Assembly (NCBI GenBank): GCA_965207565.1
Contig: CBDBMQ010000024.1
Coordinates: 125,860 to 189,859 of the forward strand
Length of the DNA stretch: 64,000 nt
From: Rhodothermales bacterium
Lineage (GTDB): Bacteria; Bacteroidota; Rhodothermia; Rhodothermales; Bin80
Direction: 5' to 3'
Shown: positions 9,259 through 18,101 of the stretch, in pieces
Layout: the number at the start of each line of letters is the position of its first letter
How positions within the stretch are numbered: position 1 is the first letter of the stretch
Position numbers and translations under genes: made by a program
The notes under the pieces: model-generated
The model's input: the letters and a program-made list of their open reading frames with translations, nothing else
What the model was told of the DNA's origin: nothing
Database searches by the model: none

Positions 9259-10893
9259 TTAGCGCGGTAAGCTAGCGTCGGTATCAAACCGATAAGCGAC
9301 CGGTGCCCCTCCCGTTCCTCCAACGCCACCAAACGTATAATTCTGCAACCCCAGCGTTTCCAACTCACTGCCGGGCACGGGGAAATGGACTGGCGTTCCT
9401 GTAACGAGATCACCTAATCCGCGATCATCGAAATAGGCCAACCCTCCTGCCGTATTCATCGTCTCAATCCGACGTTCATGCTTAAGCTTGGCCCAAAGGC
9501 TTGCGGAGTCCAAGTGACTCTGTGCGTCTGCCGGAGAGCCCACAGGGTCCGATCCAGAGGCTGGATTCAGCATTCCGCGCGCCACACGCGTCAGATTGAT
9601 CAATTCAGCAACCTCTTCTGTGCTGCCGCCAGTACGCAACAACCCTTCGACTTTATACAAGTCCATTTCTGTGGGGATGATGTGTGGCATGGCGCCAGTC
9701 GAACTATTGTCATAGTAATAAAAATATCGTGTGTGAGTATGGGATGAAAAATGGTAGGTGCCACGAGCGGGTGGAAAAGGACCATCATATCCAAAAAAAG
9801 TAAAATCTGTACCGCTTGCCGTAGGATCATTGGCACTCCCAACAATCCTACGATCTGATGTCATGATCTCAAACACTGAGCGATTTTGCACTGGCGTTGA
9901 CAGCCATTTCTGATAACCTCCCGACTCATCAGCCGGGCCGATCGTGCGATAATCTGCCCGAGCCCAAGAGGTTCCCTCTTGAGCAAAATTCTTCAGGCAG
10001 TCACTCCTAATGTACGGATCTTTATTTCCGATGGGTGCGAAAACTGTGGTAATTCCATTATCAACGAGACCCATGACAGTACTCCAGTTCACCGCTGCAC
10101 GCTCGGCTTCATTCCTTGCAACCTGAACCGTAAAACGTGCAATGAACGAATTGATCAGTCTGACCATGTCTTGAGAACTTACATTCAGTCCCCAGATCCA
10201 ACCGTCAATCGAAAACGAGTTTGCACTCGCGATTGCACGTGCTTCCTCCAACATCCGAATCGCCTCCTGATTCACCTCCATGTAAGGACGTAGTTCAAGT
10301 ACATCATTCTCCAGATCTACCGTCTCGTCAAACACAAACGCTTGGTCAAAGACCAGAGAAAGCGTCCCATGCATCAGACCCTGATTCATTTTTGCAAATG
10401 CTTTCAGGCGTGCTGTATCATGGCCATCACGGGTATATATATTGTTGTCCACACTCTCTTCTTCTTCCGCCCGAATAATTGCCTGAAGCGCATCGGCCGC
10501 ATTTGAGAGACCTGTGTAGCTTAAAAACCAAGGGCCCTCCGTGGCGCCTGAACTGCTGTAGGTTGAGCTGTTATCCCAAGCAATACGGGGCTCACTGGAC
10601 ATATCCCTCATACCAAAGTTGCCCCAGGAAGACGAGTTCTCATCTGCCATGGTTGAAAAGGTCAGGGCAGAACCAGCGCACGACTGGGTCGCACTCCAAT
10701 AACTTGGAAACGTACCTCGCACCAAGTTCACGACATCACCGGGTTGCGCGAAGGCGACCTTCCTGTCCGGTGAGTTTTCGTTTTCCACGGCCAGATCCTG
10801 GCAACCCGTGGCGCTGAGCGTCAGGACACCGATCAGCATGTAGAATGCAAATTGCTTCATTTGATTGATATTCTTAAATTTCATATGGGTCAC
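9259..10893 (-). CDS. SusD/RagB-family nutrient-binding outer-membrane lipoprotein
   Basis: Signal plus Cys (LTLSATGCQDL). Size and position are right, immediately downstream of a SusC-type gene. The start may be an internal Met (10884 or 10860). Confidence 0.85.
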   Translation of the reverse strand: MTHMKFKNINQMKQFAFYMLIGVLTLSATGCQDLAVENENSPDRKVAFAQPGDVVNLVRGTFPSYWSATQSCAGSALTFSTMADENSSSWGNFGMRDMSSEPRIAWDNSSTYSSSGATEGPWFLSYTGLSNAADALQAIIRAEEEESVDNNIYTRDGHDTARLKAFAKMNQGLMHGTLSLVFDQAFVFDETVDLENDVLELRPYMEVNQEAIRMLEEARAIASANSFSIDGWIWGLNVSSQDMVRLINSFIARFTVQVARNEAERAAVNWSTVMGLVDNGITTVFAPIGNKDPYIRSDCLKNFAQEGTSWARADYRTIGPADESGGYQKWLSTPVQNRSVFEIMTSDRRIVGSANDPTASGTDFTFFGYDGPFPPARGTYHFSSHTHTRYFYYYDNSSTGAMPHIIPTEMDLYKVEGLLRTGGSTEEVAELINLTRVARGMLNPASGSDPVGSPADAQSHLDSASLWAKLKHERRIETMNTAGGLAYFDDRGLGDLVTGTPVHFPVPGSELETLGLQNYTFGGVGGTGGAPVAYRFDTDASLPR

Positions 10894-10898
10894 CTCAC

Positions 10899-13800
10899 CT
10901 AAAATTGGAATTCTAATTTCGCCCGAATCGTCCGATAGGGCGGATAACTGAAATTGTCTACACGATAGAGTGTCGGATCGGCCCCAGATCCTACCTCAGG
11001 ATCAAATCCAGAGTAGCTACTGAAGGTGAGTAGATTGCGCCCAATGATACTCGCCGAGAGAGAATGTAACATATTGCCGAAGACACGAGAAAGTTGCTGA
11101 CGATTGAGTGTGTACCCCACCGAAAGCTCACGCAGCTTCAGATACGTTGCATCTTCTACATAATGACTGTTTCTCCCCGTCGCATCGTAGAGGACTTCGT
11201 AGTACGTGGTGGACTTCTTCATGCTTTCTTCCTTTCCTCTCTGGTCCTGATCTGCATTCCGGCCATCACGGTATCCCCATTGCTTGGTGAAATTATAGAC
11301 ATCGCCTCCAATCTGGGCCCCCCACAGCATATAGAGTCTGAATCCTTTGTAGCGGAAGGTCGTGTTGACTCCGAGGCTGAAGTCCGGAAGCGCATTTCCA
11401 ATTTGAACCCGATCTGTCTCGTTCACCTCGTCGTAGTACTTAATGGGAATTCCCCATCGGTAACTGTCATCTCCAACTGTGACATTCGTCCCCCACAGAT
11501 CGTCTTCCCCACCTATGACACCGTCTGGGCCTGCGCCACTGGTGTAGCTGTTACCTTGACCAACGGCGACCACATATCCATCATCATTGACATCAAAGAA
11601 GCTTGCGTCAACTCCGGCCGGAAGCCTGGAGAGACCTGTAATGAATTCATTCCCATACATCCCCCCCAGGATTTCGCCTTCGCGGAAGAAAAATAGGCTC
11701 CGGGGGCCACCCAAATAGGGGTTCGAATTGAATTCAGATATCTCTTGGCGGGTGCGGTCAAACGTGACCCCGACCTCGAAATCCATATCCCGTGAATTGT
11801 AGACATTCGCATTCACGCTGGCTTCAATGGTGTTGGATGTCAGATCTCCTGCATTACTCCACTGGCTCCCAAACCCGAAGTACCCGGCGAGTGGAACGCC
11901 AAGGAGCAGATCCTCGACCTTTGTGTCGGCATACACCAACTCAATGAATATCCGGTCGAGAACTCCCACATCCAATCCAAACTCCATTTCTGTCTGCAAT
12001 TCCGGCTTCAGGAACGCATTCCCAAGGGTTGATTTGGAGAGTTGACCATTGCTCAGGGTTAGCGTCTCGTACTGCGCCTGGAATCTAGGACGGCCACCGG
12101 CGGTTCCGATGGACGCGCGCAGCTTCAATTCAGTGATCGGGTTGTCCGCTGGCCAGAATGATTCCTCGGAAACCCGCCATGCAGCACTTCCGCGGAAATA
12201 GGGTTGCCAGCGCTCTTCCGCTCCAAAGAGGGAACTGCCGTCATAACGGAAGAAGGCGTCCACTATATATTTATCCATGTAGTCCAACCCTGCGGTCGCG
12301 TAATACCCTTCAGCTATAACGGTCTCGGTGTAGTTCGCGAAGTCTCTTGAGCCACTATCGCAGTCTTCCTCTCCACAAAACTGCTTAACATTGGAGAGAT
12401 CTTTAATCCCCAACGTCAAAAGATTGCTCCCAACAATGCCCTCCGAAAAATAGTCGGAATTTTCTATCTGGGCTTTCAGTTGACCGCGGGTCGTGAAATC
12501 TCCAAACCGTTTATTTAGAGACACGGTCAAGTCATAGTTGATTGCCTCACTAATCTCGTTGCTCCGCTCAATCCGACCACTATTGATAGGTGATGCGCCG
12601 ATCGATGCAAACCCAACGTCATAGAATTCCGTTGCGTCTCTATCTGAACGGTCATAACTGAAATTGCTCTCAAGACTCAACCAATCCAGCGGACTCCAAC
12701 GTGCACGGAAATTGCCAAGCAGGCGTGATCGTTGCCGACCAATATCTGCATTCTGAATTACGTATAGCGGATTTTCCTCTACCGAAAGTGGATCCGCCTG
12801 AATTTTTAGCTCACCCAGTTCATCCGTTGCAGACAGGCTTACCAATGGATTCGTAAACATCAGGCCAAAGAATGGATTGAAGAATGAAGACGAACCTGGT
12901 ACCCCAGTGAGCCCATCATTTGATGTCTGGGAATAAAACCCCGAGGTTGAAATGCTCAGGTTTGGCCGAATGCGATGGTCAAGATTCACGCGAAAGCTTC
13001 TCCGTTTCATCCCGTCAAGTCCCTGAAGCGGTCCCTGCTCAGCAACATTGGTGAAAGACGCCAAGAAGTTTGTTTTTGGACCATTTTGGCTTACACCAAC
13101 ATAATTTGTCCAAGTATCGCCGGGATCAAACAATTCCTCAAACGCATTGTGCAGCGTACCCTGATACGGATTATCAAAAAAAGCCACCCCATTAGCGGTT
13201 TTTTCCTGCACCACTCCTGGGCCATATCCATTGGCCAAACAGGTAGGGCAGGTATTGACTGCACCCTCTCTATTCAGGAAGTTCCCCGATGCATCAACTT
13301 GTAGATCGTGGGATGTATTGGCTTGCAGGGTTTTTGCTACACTGCCAACCCCGTATTCATTGCGGACCGTCACCCGTGTCTGATTCAAGGGGGTCGCTGT
13401 ACCACGCTGCGTTGTGATGTTGATCACACCATTCTGGGCTCGTGAGCCATAGAGCGATGAAGCAGCAGCTCCCTTAACAATCTCAATATTTTCAATATCC
13501 AGTGCATCAATGTCAACCTGGTTCGCACCGAGAACGACTCCATCCACAATGTAGAGTGGCTGATTACTGCCGGTGATACTGGTCGCACCGCGTAGCCGCA
13601 CAGAAACGGAAGCACCTGGCGCGCCACTGCCTGCCTGAACGGCAACTCCGGCAACCTTGCCCTGAATGGACGCAACCGGATTTGATGCAGGTGCCAGGGT
13701 TATATCCTCACTACTTACCTGACTTACTGTGAAAGCCAGTTTCTTCCTCGGCGTTGCTTCAGCGACCCCGGTGACAACCAAATCATCCAGTTGGAGGAAA

Positions 13801-14111
13801 TCCACGGCCAGAACGAAGTCCTCCGTCATGATGCTCTCACTGACTGTAATTGCCCGCACCTGCTCCACAAACCCAACATAACGAGCGGTCAACTCCAAGG
13901 TTTGCCCAACATGCTCAGCAGGAATCGGAAACGTATATGTCCCATCAAGATCGGTGGATGCACCAATCACTAATGACTCTACGAGCACATTTGCTCCGAT
14001 GAGCGGCTCGCCTGTGTCATCTGTAACCGTTCCGGTAATTACGCTCTGAGCACTTGCCAATCCCGGGAACAGCAACATGCAAAGAACGAGGAAAGAGTGT
14101 CTTTTCTTCAT
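10899..14111 (-). CDS. SusC/RagA-family TonB-dependent outer-membrane transporter
   Basis: MKKRHSFLVLCMLLFPGLASAQ signal. CarboxypepD_reg-like ITGTVTDDTGEPLIGANVLVE. Plug region IEIVKGAASSLYGSRAQNGVINITT. Ends in a terminal Phe (LEFQF). Start chosen at ATG 14111, not the track start 14327. Confidence 0.9.
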   Translation of the reverse strand: MKKRHSFLVLCMLLFPGLASAQSVITGTVTDDTGEPLIGANVLVESLVIGASTDLDGTYTFPIPAEHVGQTLELTARYVGFVEQVRAITVSESIMTEDFVLAVDFLQLDDLVVTGVAEATPRKKLAFTVSQVSSEDITLAPASNPVASIQGKVAGVAVQAGSGAPGASVSVRLRGATSITGSNQPLYIVDGVVLGANQVDIDALDIENIEIVKGAAASSLYGSRAQNGVINITTQRGTATPLNQTRVTVRNEYGVGSVAKTLQANTSHDLQVDASGNFLNREGAVNTCPTCLANGYGPGVVQEKTANGVAFFDNPYQGTLHNAFEELFDPGDTWTNYVGVSQNGPKTNFLASFTNVAEQGPLQGLDGMKRRSFRVNLDHRIRPNLSISTSGFYSQTSNDGLTGVPGSSSFFNPFFGLMFTNPLVSLSATDELGELKIQADPLSVEENPLYVIQNADIGRQRSRLLGNFRARWSPLDWLSLESNFSYDRSDRDATEFYDVGFASIGASPINSGRIERSNEISEAINYDLTVSLNKRFGDFTTRGQLKAQIENSDYFSEGIVGSNLLTLGIKDLSNVKQFCGEEDCDSGSRDFANYTETVIAEGYYATAGLDYMDKYIVDAFFRYDGSSLFGAEERWQPYFRGSAAWRVSEESFWPADNPITELKLRASIGTAGGRPRFQAQYETLTLSNGQLSKSTLGNAFLKPELQTEMEFGLDVGVLDRIFIELVYADTKVEDLLLGVPLAGYFGFGSQWSNAGDLTSNTIEASVNANVYNSRDMDFEVGVTFDRTRQEISEFNSNPYLGGPRSLFFFREGEILGGMYGNEFITGLSRLPAGVDASFFDVNDDGYVVAVGQGNSYTSGAGPDGVIGGEDDLWGTNVTVGDDSYRWGIPIKYYDEVNETDRVQIGNALPDFSLGVNTTFRYKGFRLYMLWGAQIGGDVYNFTKQWGYRDGRNADQDQRGKEESMKKSTTYYEVLYDATGRNSHYVEDATYLKLRELSVGYTLNRQQLSRVFGNMLHSLSASIIGRNLLTFSSYSGFDPEVGSGADPTLYRVDNFSYPPYRTIRAKLEFQF

Positions 14112-14647
14112 GAGATCTTCTGTATTTGTGAGTGGAATACTTCCTAAGGTGAGGACTACACAGGGTCCTCTGGAAGGATACATAAGTTTCTTAAAGATAA
14201 GAAAACTTTCATACAACTGCACATAAACACCTAAGCAATACCGATTGATCCCTCTGCAACGGAGGTTCTCCCCAGCCCTGCCTTGTACGTAACAAAGAAA
14301 ACCCGAAAAATGGGTCTTTTTCCGCATGTTTAGTGGGTGGTCATAGACTCCAAAATCAGGCTATTGGTTTGAGCATGATGCGGGTCTCATGTCCATGCTC
14401 TGCGGGTTTTTAGGATTGATTTCTTTGATTTGACCTTGAAATAATCTGGTCGAAGGTTTCTGAAGAATTTTTGTGCAAGCCTGGGAGGGGGGATTGCGTG
14501 ATTTCGCGTTTCAGGCCCCACAGGGCCGATTGTCGCGTGAGACCTGCACCTGTTCGCTAAAGATTTCCTTCATTTTTTCAACCATGCGAGACACGATGAA
14601 CCGGTTCCCGACCTTGCGCGCTGTGTCCGATATTCAAATTAATCCAT

Positions 14648-14671
14648 AAAATTCATGATGAATAATATGGG
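14648..14671. repeat. Solo IS1380-type right-IR-like relic
   Basis: aaaattcatgatgaataatatggg versus aaaattcgtgatgaataatatggg at 21430-21453. Confidence 0.4.
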
Positions 14672-14842
14672 ATGATGTATTCAAGGAGCTACCTACGGCC
14701 TCTTATTTTTACGCAATCAGCGGGATAATCATGCGCTGGTCAGCGTATGGTCCTACCAAATCAAGCGTTGTAACTCCATGTTAAATGGCGCTACGGGTCG
14801 ACAATCAACCTCATACGCGGCATTCCAGGGCCAATATGGCCC

Positions 14843-15220
14843 TTACTGTGAGAGCGGTTCTCGATCTATACGATCAAATGATGAGTATGTCAAAAAAGAG
14901 ACTTCTTGGGAGGGCACTTGCAGAACAAGTATCCCCTTAGAGGTCGTTCTAAGCAGTTGAATGTTATTTTCGGCCTCGCCTGTGGTGTAGACGATACGAT
15001 ACTCTCCACTTTGTAGCGCCAGATCGCGTGTGGCCTCCGAGTACCCGTTCAAGAAGAAAACAGCCGCCAATAGAGGGCCTAGTTGTAGCCCCAACGCCCC
15101 CGCAGTAGACAGCTTGACAGAAACCATCGTGCGTCCAACCAACCACGGAGAGAAGAGCATCCAGCATCCCATGGCAAAAAATATCCATCCCGTGGTCGTG
15201 GGGCTGTCAGCCCATATCAT
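14843..15220 (-). CDS. Hypothetical protein with hydrophobic N-terminus
   Basis: ORF only. Overlaps the upstream ORF by 14 nt. Lies between two solo IR relics. Confidence 0.3.
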   Translation of the reverse strand: MIWADSPTTTGWIFFAMGCWMLFSPWLVGRTMVSVKLSTAGALGLQLGPLLAAVFFLNGYSEATRDLALQSGEYRIVYTTGEAENNIQLLRTTSKGILVLQVPSQEVSFLTYSSFDRIDREPLSQ

Positions 15221-15590
15221 AACAAATCCCCCTATAAGGGGTCATCCCGGAAGGGATGACGTATTTCACGGTGTATCTTACCGTGGTACGTAAGAACTTC
15301 GTGATCCGGGAAGGCAGAGGCCTTTGAATGGTCTCCTCATCAGACCTGATTCCCTCTGCGCGCCCATTCGCTATAAACGGCACCAGCAATAACGCCACAA
15401 TGACATACAATACAAACTCAGGCAGCCAACGTATGGTGTTGCTTGTATAGTCAGTCGGAGAGCTCAGCACAATAAATTCTTCTCCAAGCACACTATAATA
15501 CCCCCATTCTCGCAAGGCCGACGCAACTAAAGTCGCGACCGTCAACGTAGCAATTGTTGTCGGGACATTCCACCGAGAAAATTTGGTCAC
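15207..15590 (-). CDS. Hypothetical membrane protein
   Basis: ORF with two or three hydrophobic segments. No motif recognised. Confidence 0.3.
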   Translation of the reverse strand: MTKFSRWNVPTTIATLTVATLVASALREWGYYSVLGEEFIVLSSPTDYTSNTIRWLPEFVLYVIVALLLVPFIANGRAEGIRSDEETIQRPLPSRITKFLRTTVRYTVKYVIPSGMTPYRGICYDMG

Positions 15591-15699
15591 CGTACTGTCG
15601 TTTTAGCCTTAGATTCCTGTCCGTCTGTATCTGGTTTACACAGAGCACAGACCCAAGTTGCATAGCGAGGTATATAATCTCCTTTGATTTTCCCATTAG

Positions 15700-15737
15700 C
15701 CCATAATATTCATCTCAATTTAGCAGTTTCGTATTGA
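15700..15737. repeat. Solo IS1380-type left-IR relic
   Basis: cccataatattcatctcaatttagcagtttcgtattga versus cccataatattcatcttagtttagaagtttcgtattga at 17557-17594. Confidence 0.5.
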
Positions 15738-15767
15738 GGGTCTTCCCCTTTTTAAGGGTTTGGGGGT
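15738..15767. repeat. ISL3-type terminal IR relic
   Basis: gggtcttcccctttttaagggtttgg resembles the ISL3 IRs at 34935 (reverse complement ggggcttccccttttcaagtgggtt) and 42998. Confidence 0.4.
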
Positions 15768-16382
15768 GTAGAGTCAGGGGGCGGTGCGGTGCCCGTAGGG
15801 TCCGGTGGCTTATCCGTTGCTTTCGCTCCAGGCCTCAGTCCGGCTCCCTTAGGTCCGTTTCCGCCCCCTGCTCTCCGAACCGGGCGTGCGGTTTTCCCGC
15901 ACCCGGCTCTCCAGGTGGATCATGCGGCTCGTGCTCGGACCACCATACTCCGTTTCGTGATCTCCGTAATGCAGGGAAATGCCCCTTTCCCGCGAATATC
16001 ACGAACGTTGCATCGTGGGCTGGCTGGCCTGTTTACGCCCAGACAGCTCCGTCTCTTTGACGTCCCCTTCACTTGTGCATGTGCAGACGCCGGTCGCTCC
16101 GACGTGCTCCGGCTTCTATATCATTGCCGGCGCCCTTTGACCTTTTGTCTGCCCTCCTAAAACGCGGAGGGTCGGCACCCACATTACTAGTTTCGGGGCC
16201 TGCTCAACCTTCACTCGCGTTCCGGCCTGCATGCCTGCTGAATCGCCTACGCGATCCGTTTATCCAAAGTGCTTCAATTCATGTCGTTACCTCCATAAAT
16301 CGCTTTGGTCGCTTCCAACTGGAACGACAGTTATTGGGTGGGATTCGCACCCACCAGGAAAAAGCGCCTTTCCACGGCGCAC
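15768..16382 (-). mobile_element. ORF-less group II intron (about 615 nt), family 1
   Basis: Minus strand begins GTGCGCCGTGGAAAGGCGC (16382). It has a canonical domain V GAGCCGGGTGCGGGAAAACCGCACGCCCGGTTC (15877-15909) and ends ...GACTCTAC (15768). Homologous along its length to the ribozyme parts of 36425-38304. No RT ORF. Confidence 0.7.
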
Positions 16383-16443
16383 ATGTAGAAATTAGTTGGT
16401 TAAAGGAAGCGTGATATAACCCTTTCAACTTATATCACATCCC

Positions 16444-17400
16444 ATGAACTCTCACCATTTTTCTACTCCAGAGTCTACTCCACGAGGTAGTACTTCGTCT
16501 CAGGAACTCCACTTGGAGCTTGTACGCCATTACGCGGATGTGCTGCGAATGTTGACCGAGCGTATTCCCGCCCCTGATCTGCCCGCTACGCCTACACCAC
16601 CACCGGTACAGGAGACTCCCGAGGCCCGATTGGAGGAAACTCCTGCGTCCTGGGAGGAGGCGTCTGGATACCTGCATGCTCGTGATTTCAGACGAGAAGA
16701 GGTGGTGCACCTGTGGTTGCAGTTCTGCTACGTGCTGGGCACCCATGTGCTGGTCGGTTTAGCCGTTACGATCCAGGGTTACCGGCGTATCGCGGGGGTA
16801 ATTGAAAGCACGCCGCAGGACCAGGAATGTATGGAAGGATTTCTATATGACCTGGATGCCCGTGGGTTGTCTGCCGATCGGAGGTTGTTGTGTACGGTGC
16901 CTGGTGGAGTTGCCCTGCCCAATGCCGCACGCACGGTTTGGGGGACTCGTGTAGCTCTGCAGCGCTGTCTCAACACAACGATGGCCGAGGTGGTGAATGG
17001 ATTGGCGGAGGTGGACGCGAGGCGGTTTAGACATCGCCTGCAACATGCATGGCATACGTGTGATGCCGCGCAGACGCAACAGGCATTGGAGGAGATTGCC
17101 AGAGACCTGGATCAGGAGAATCGGTCAGTTGCGCGCGTGTTGCGGCAACATATGGATCAAACCGTAACCCTGCAACAAACCGGTATGCTGCCCCAGATCG
17201 ACCGGGGACTGCGCGTATTGAGCTATCTGAATACGCTGATGTCCCGGGTTCGTCCCGTGATTCCTGCCGGTCCGGCCCATCAACGTGTCCCGCGTCTGTG
17301 TGCTGGATTGCTGGAGCTTGAACCCCAGCTGCGCCGTGTAGCTCATGCTACGTATCTTCCTGCATTACGCAAGTCTCTCACTACCCTTCATGCAAACTAA
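16444..17400 (+). CDS. IS256/Mutator-like transposase paralogue lacking the DDE residues (gene A)
   Basis: Collinear with gene B, but LWLQFCYVLG replaces IAISLDGKTL, LLCTVPGGVAL replaces LVLIDGAKGL, and SYLNTLMS replaces TTNTIENV. Has a Pro-rich N-terminus. Confidence 0.55.
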   Translation: MNSHHFSTPESTPRGSTSSQELHLELVRHYADVLRMLTERIPAPDLPATPTPPPVQETPEARLEETPASWEEASGYLHARDFRREEVVHLWLQFCYVLGTHVLVGLAVTIQGYRRIAGVIESTPQDQECMEGFLYDLDARGLSADRRLLCTVPGGVALPNAARTVWGTRVALQRCLNTTMAEVVNGLAEVDARRFRHRLQHAWHTCDAAQTQQALEEIARDLDQENRSVARVLRQHMDQTVTLQQTGMLPQIDRGLRVLSYLNTLMSRVRPVIPAGPAHQRVPRLCAGLLELEPQLRRVAHATYLPALRKSLTTLHAN

Positions 17401-17556
17401 TCATCCAATCATGCCTATCAACGCCAAACCCCAAAACCATGAAGAACCCCTGACCTATGAGCAATGGTCGTGCCAATATCCCGAATATTCAGCTGCATTG
17501 CTTCAATCGGAGCGGAATTCCGCGGATATTCTTGAGTTGGCCTGTATGCTCATTGA
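17390..17556 (+). pseudogene. IS256-family transposase gene B, 5' segment (interrupted by IS1380)
   Basis: ATG 17390 overlaps the gene A stop (ATGCAAACTAA). The frame joins exactly to 21459 once IS1380 and one TSD copy are removed. Confidence 0.7.
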
Positions 17557-17756
17557 CCCATAATATTCATCTTAGTTTAGAAGTTTCGTATTGATCAACG
17601 TACGGGGAGCCTTCCCCTGCCATATTCGTTCTATTCATTGGGCGATTTACCCCGTTTTTCGTGGATTTTGATCGAATAAACCCGTGTTTTCGTCCTGAAT
17701 CAAGTCTCCCGACCTGTTTAAGAATCATCTACTCATTTCACCCTGAAGGTGATCCC

Positions 17757-18101
17757 ATGTCCCAGTCTTCTGAGCCTCTTTTTGTGCTTCCCTTCAACCA
17801 GTCAATTCGGATCAAATCGGCTAGTCGCAACCATACGACTTCGGACGCGGGCGCATTTTTGTTGCGGTCGGTGATTGATCGAACCGGAATCCTCGACTTT
17901 TTGACCGATCGACTGCACGATCCTCGGGATCCACAGCGTACCCGCTATCCTTTGTCTGAATTGCTTTTGCAGTGGCTGCTTCAGTTGATGCAGGGCCGGA
18001 GTTCGTTGTGGACGGATGCGCTCAGTCGGGATGCGGCCTTTAGTGTGTCCACCAGCACGAGTCGGACTCCCTACCATTTTACCAAATCTAAAACGGGTTA
18101 A
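17757..18101 (+). pseudogene. IS1380 transposase, N-terminal fragment
   Basis: TSDAGAFLLRSVIDRTGILDFL...YPLSELLLQWLLQLMQG...LSRDAAF is a typical IS1380 N-terminus. Cut off by the IS110 insertion. Confidence 0.7.

Noticed and set aside
5140-14327. Numerous short ORFs on either strand inside the VCBS, SusD and SusC genes (for example 5762..6202, 11094..11696 and 12975..13304), and the SusC track start at 14327
   Set aside because: They are nested within long genes that carry clear family motifs. The 72-residue N-terminal extension of SusC precedes an obvious signal peptide that starts at ATG 14111.
15734-16414. Plus-strand Arg/Pro/Gly-rich ORFs (15734..16060, 15789..16160, 16073..16414) as coding genes
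   Set aside because: They lie antisense to the ORF-less group II intron RNA. Their composition reflects GC-rich structured RNA, and no protein motif is present.
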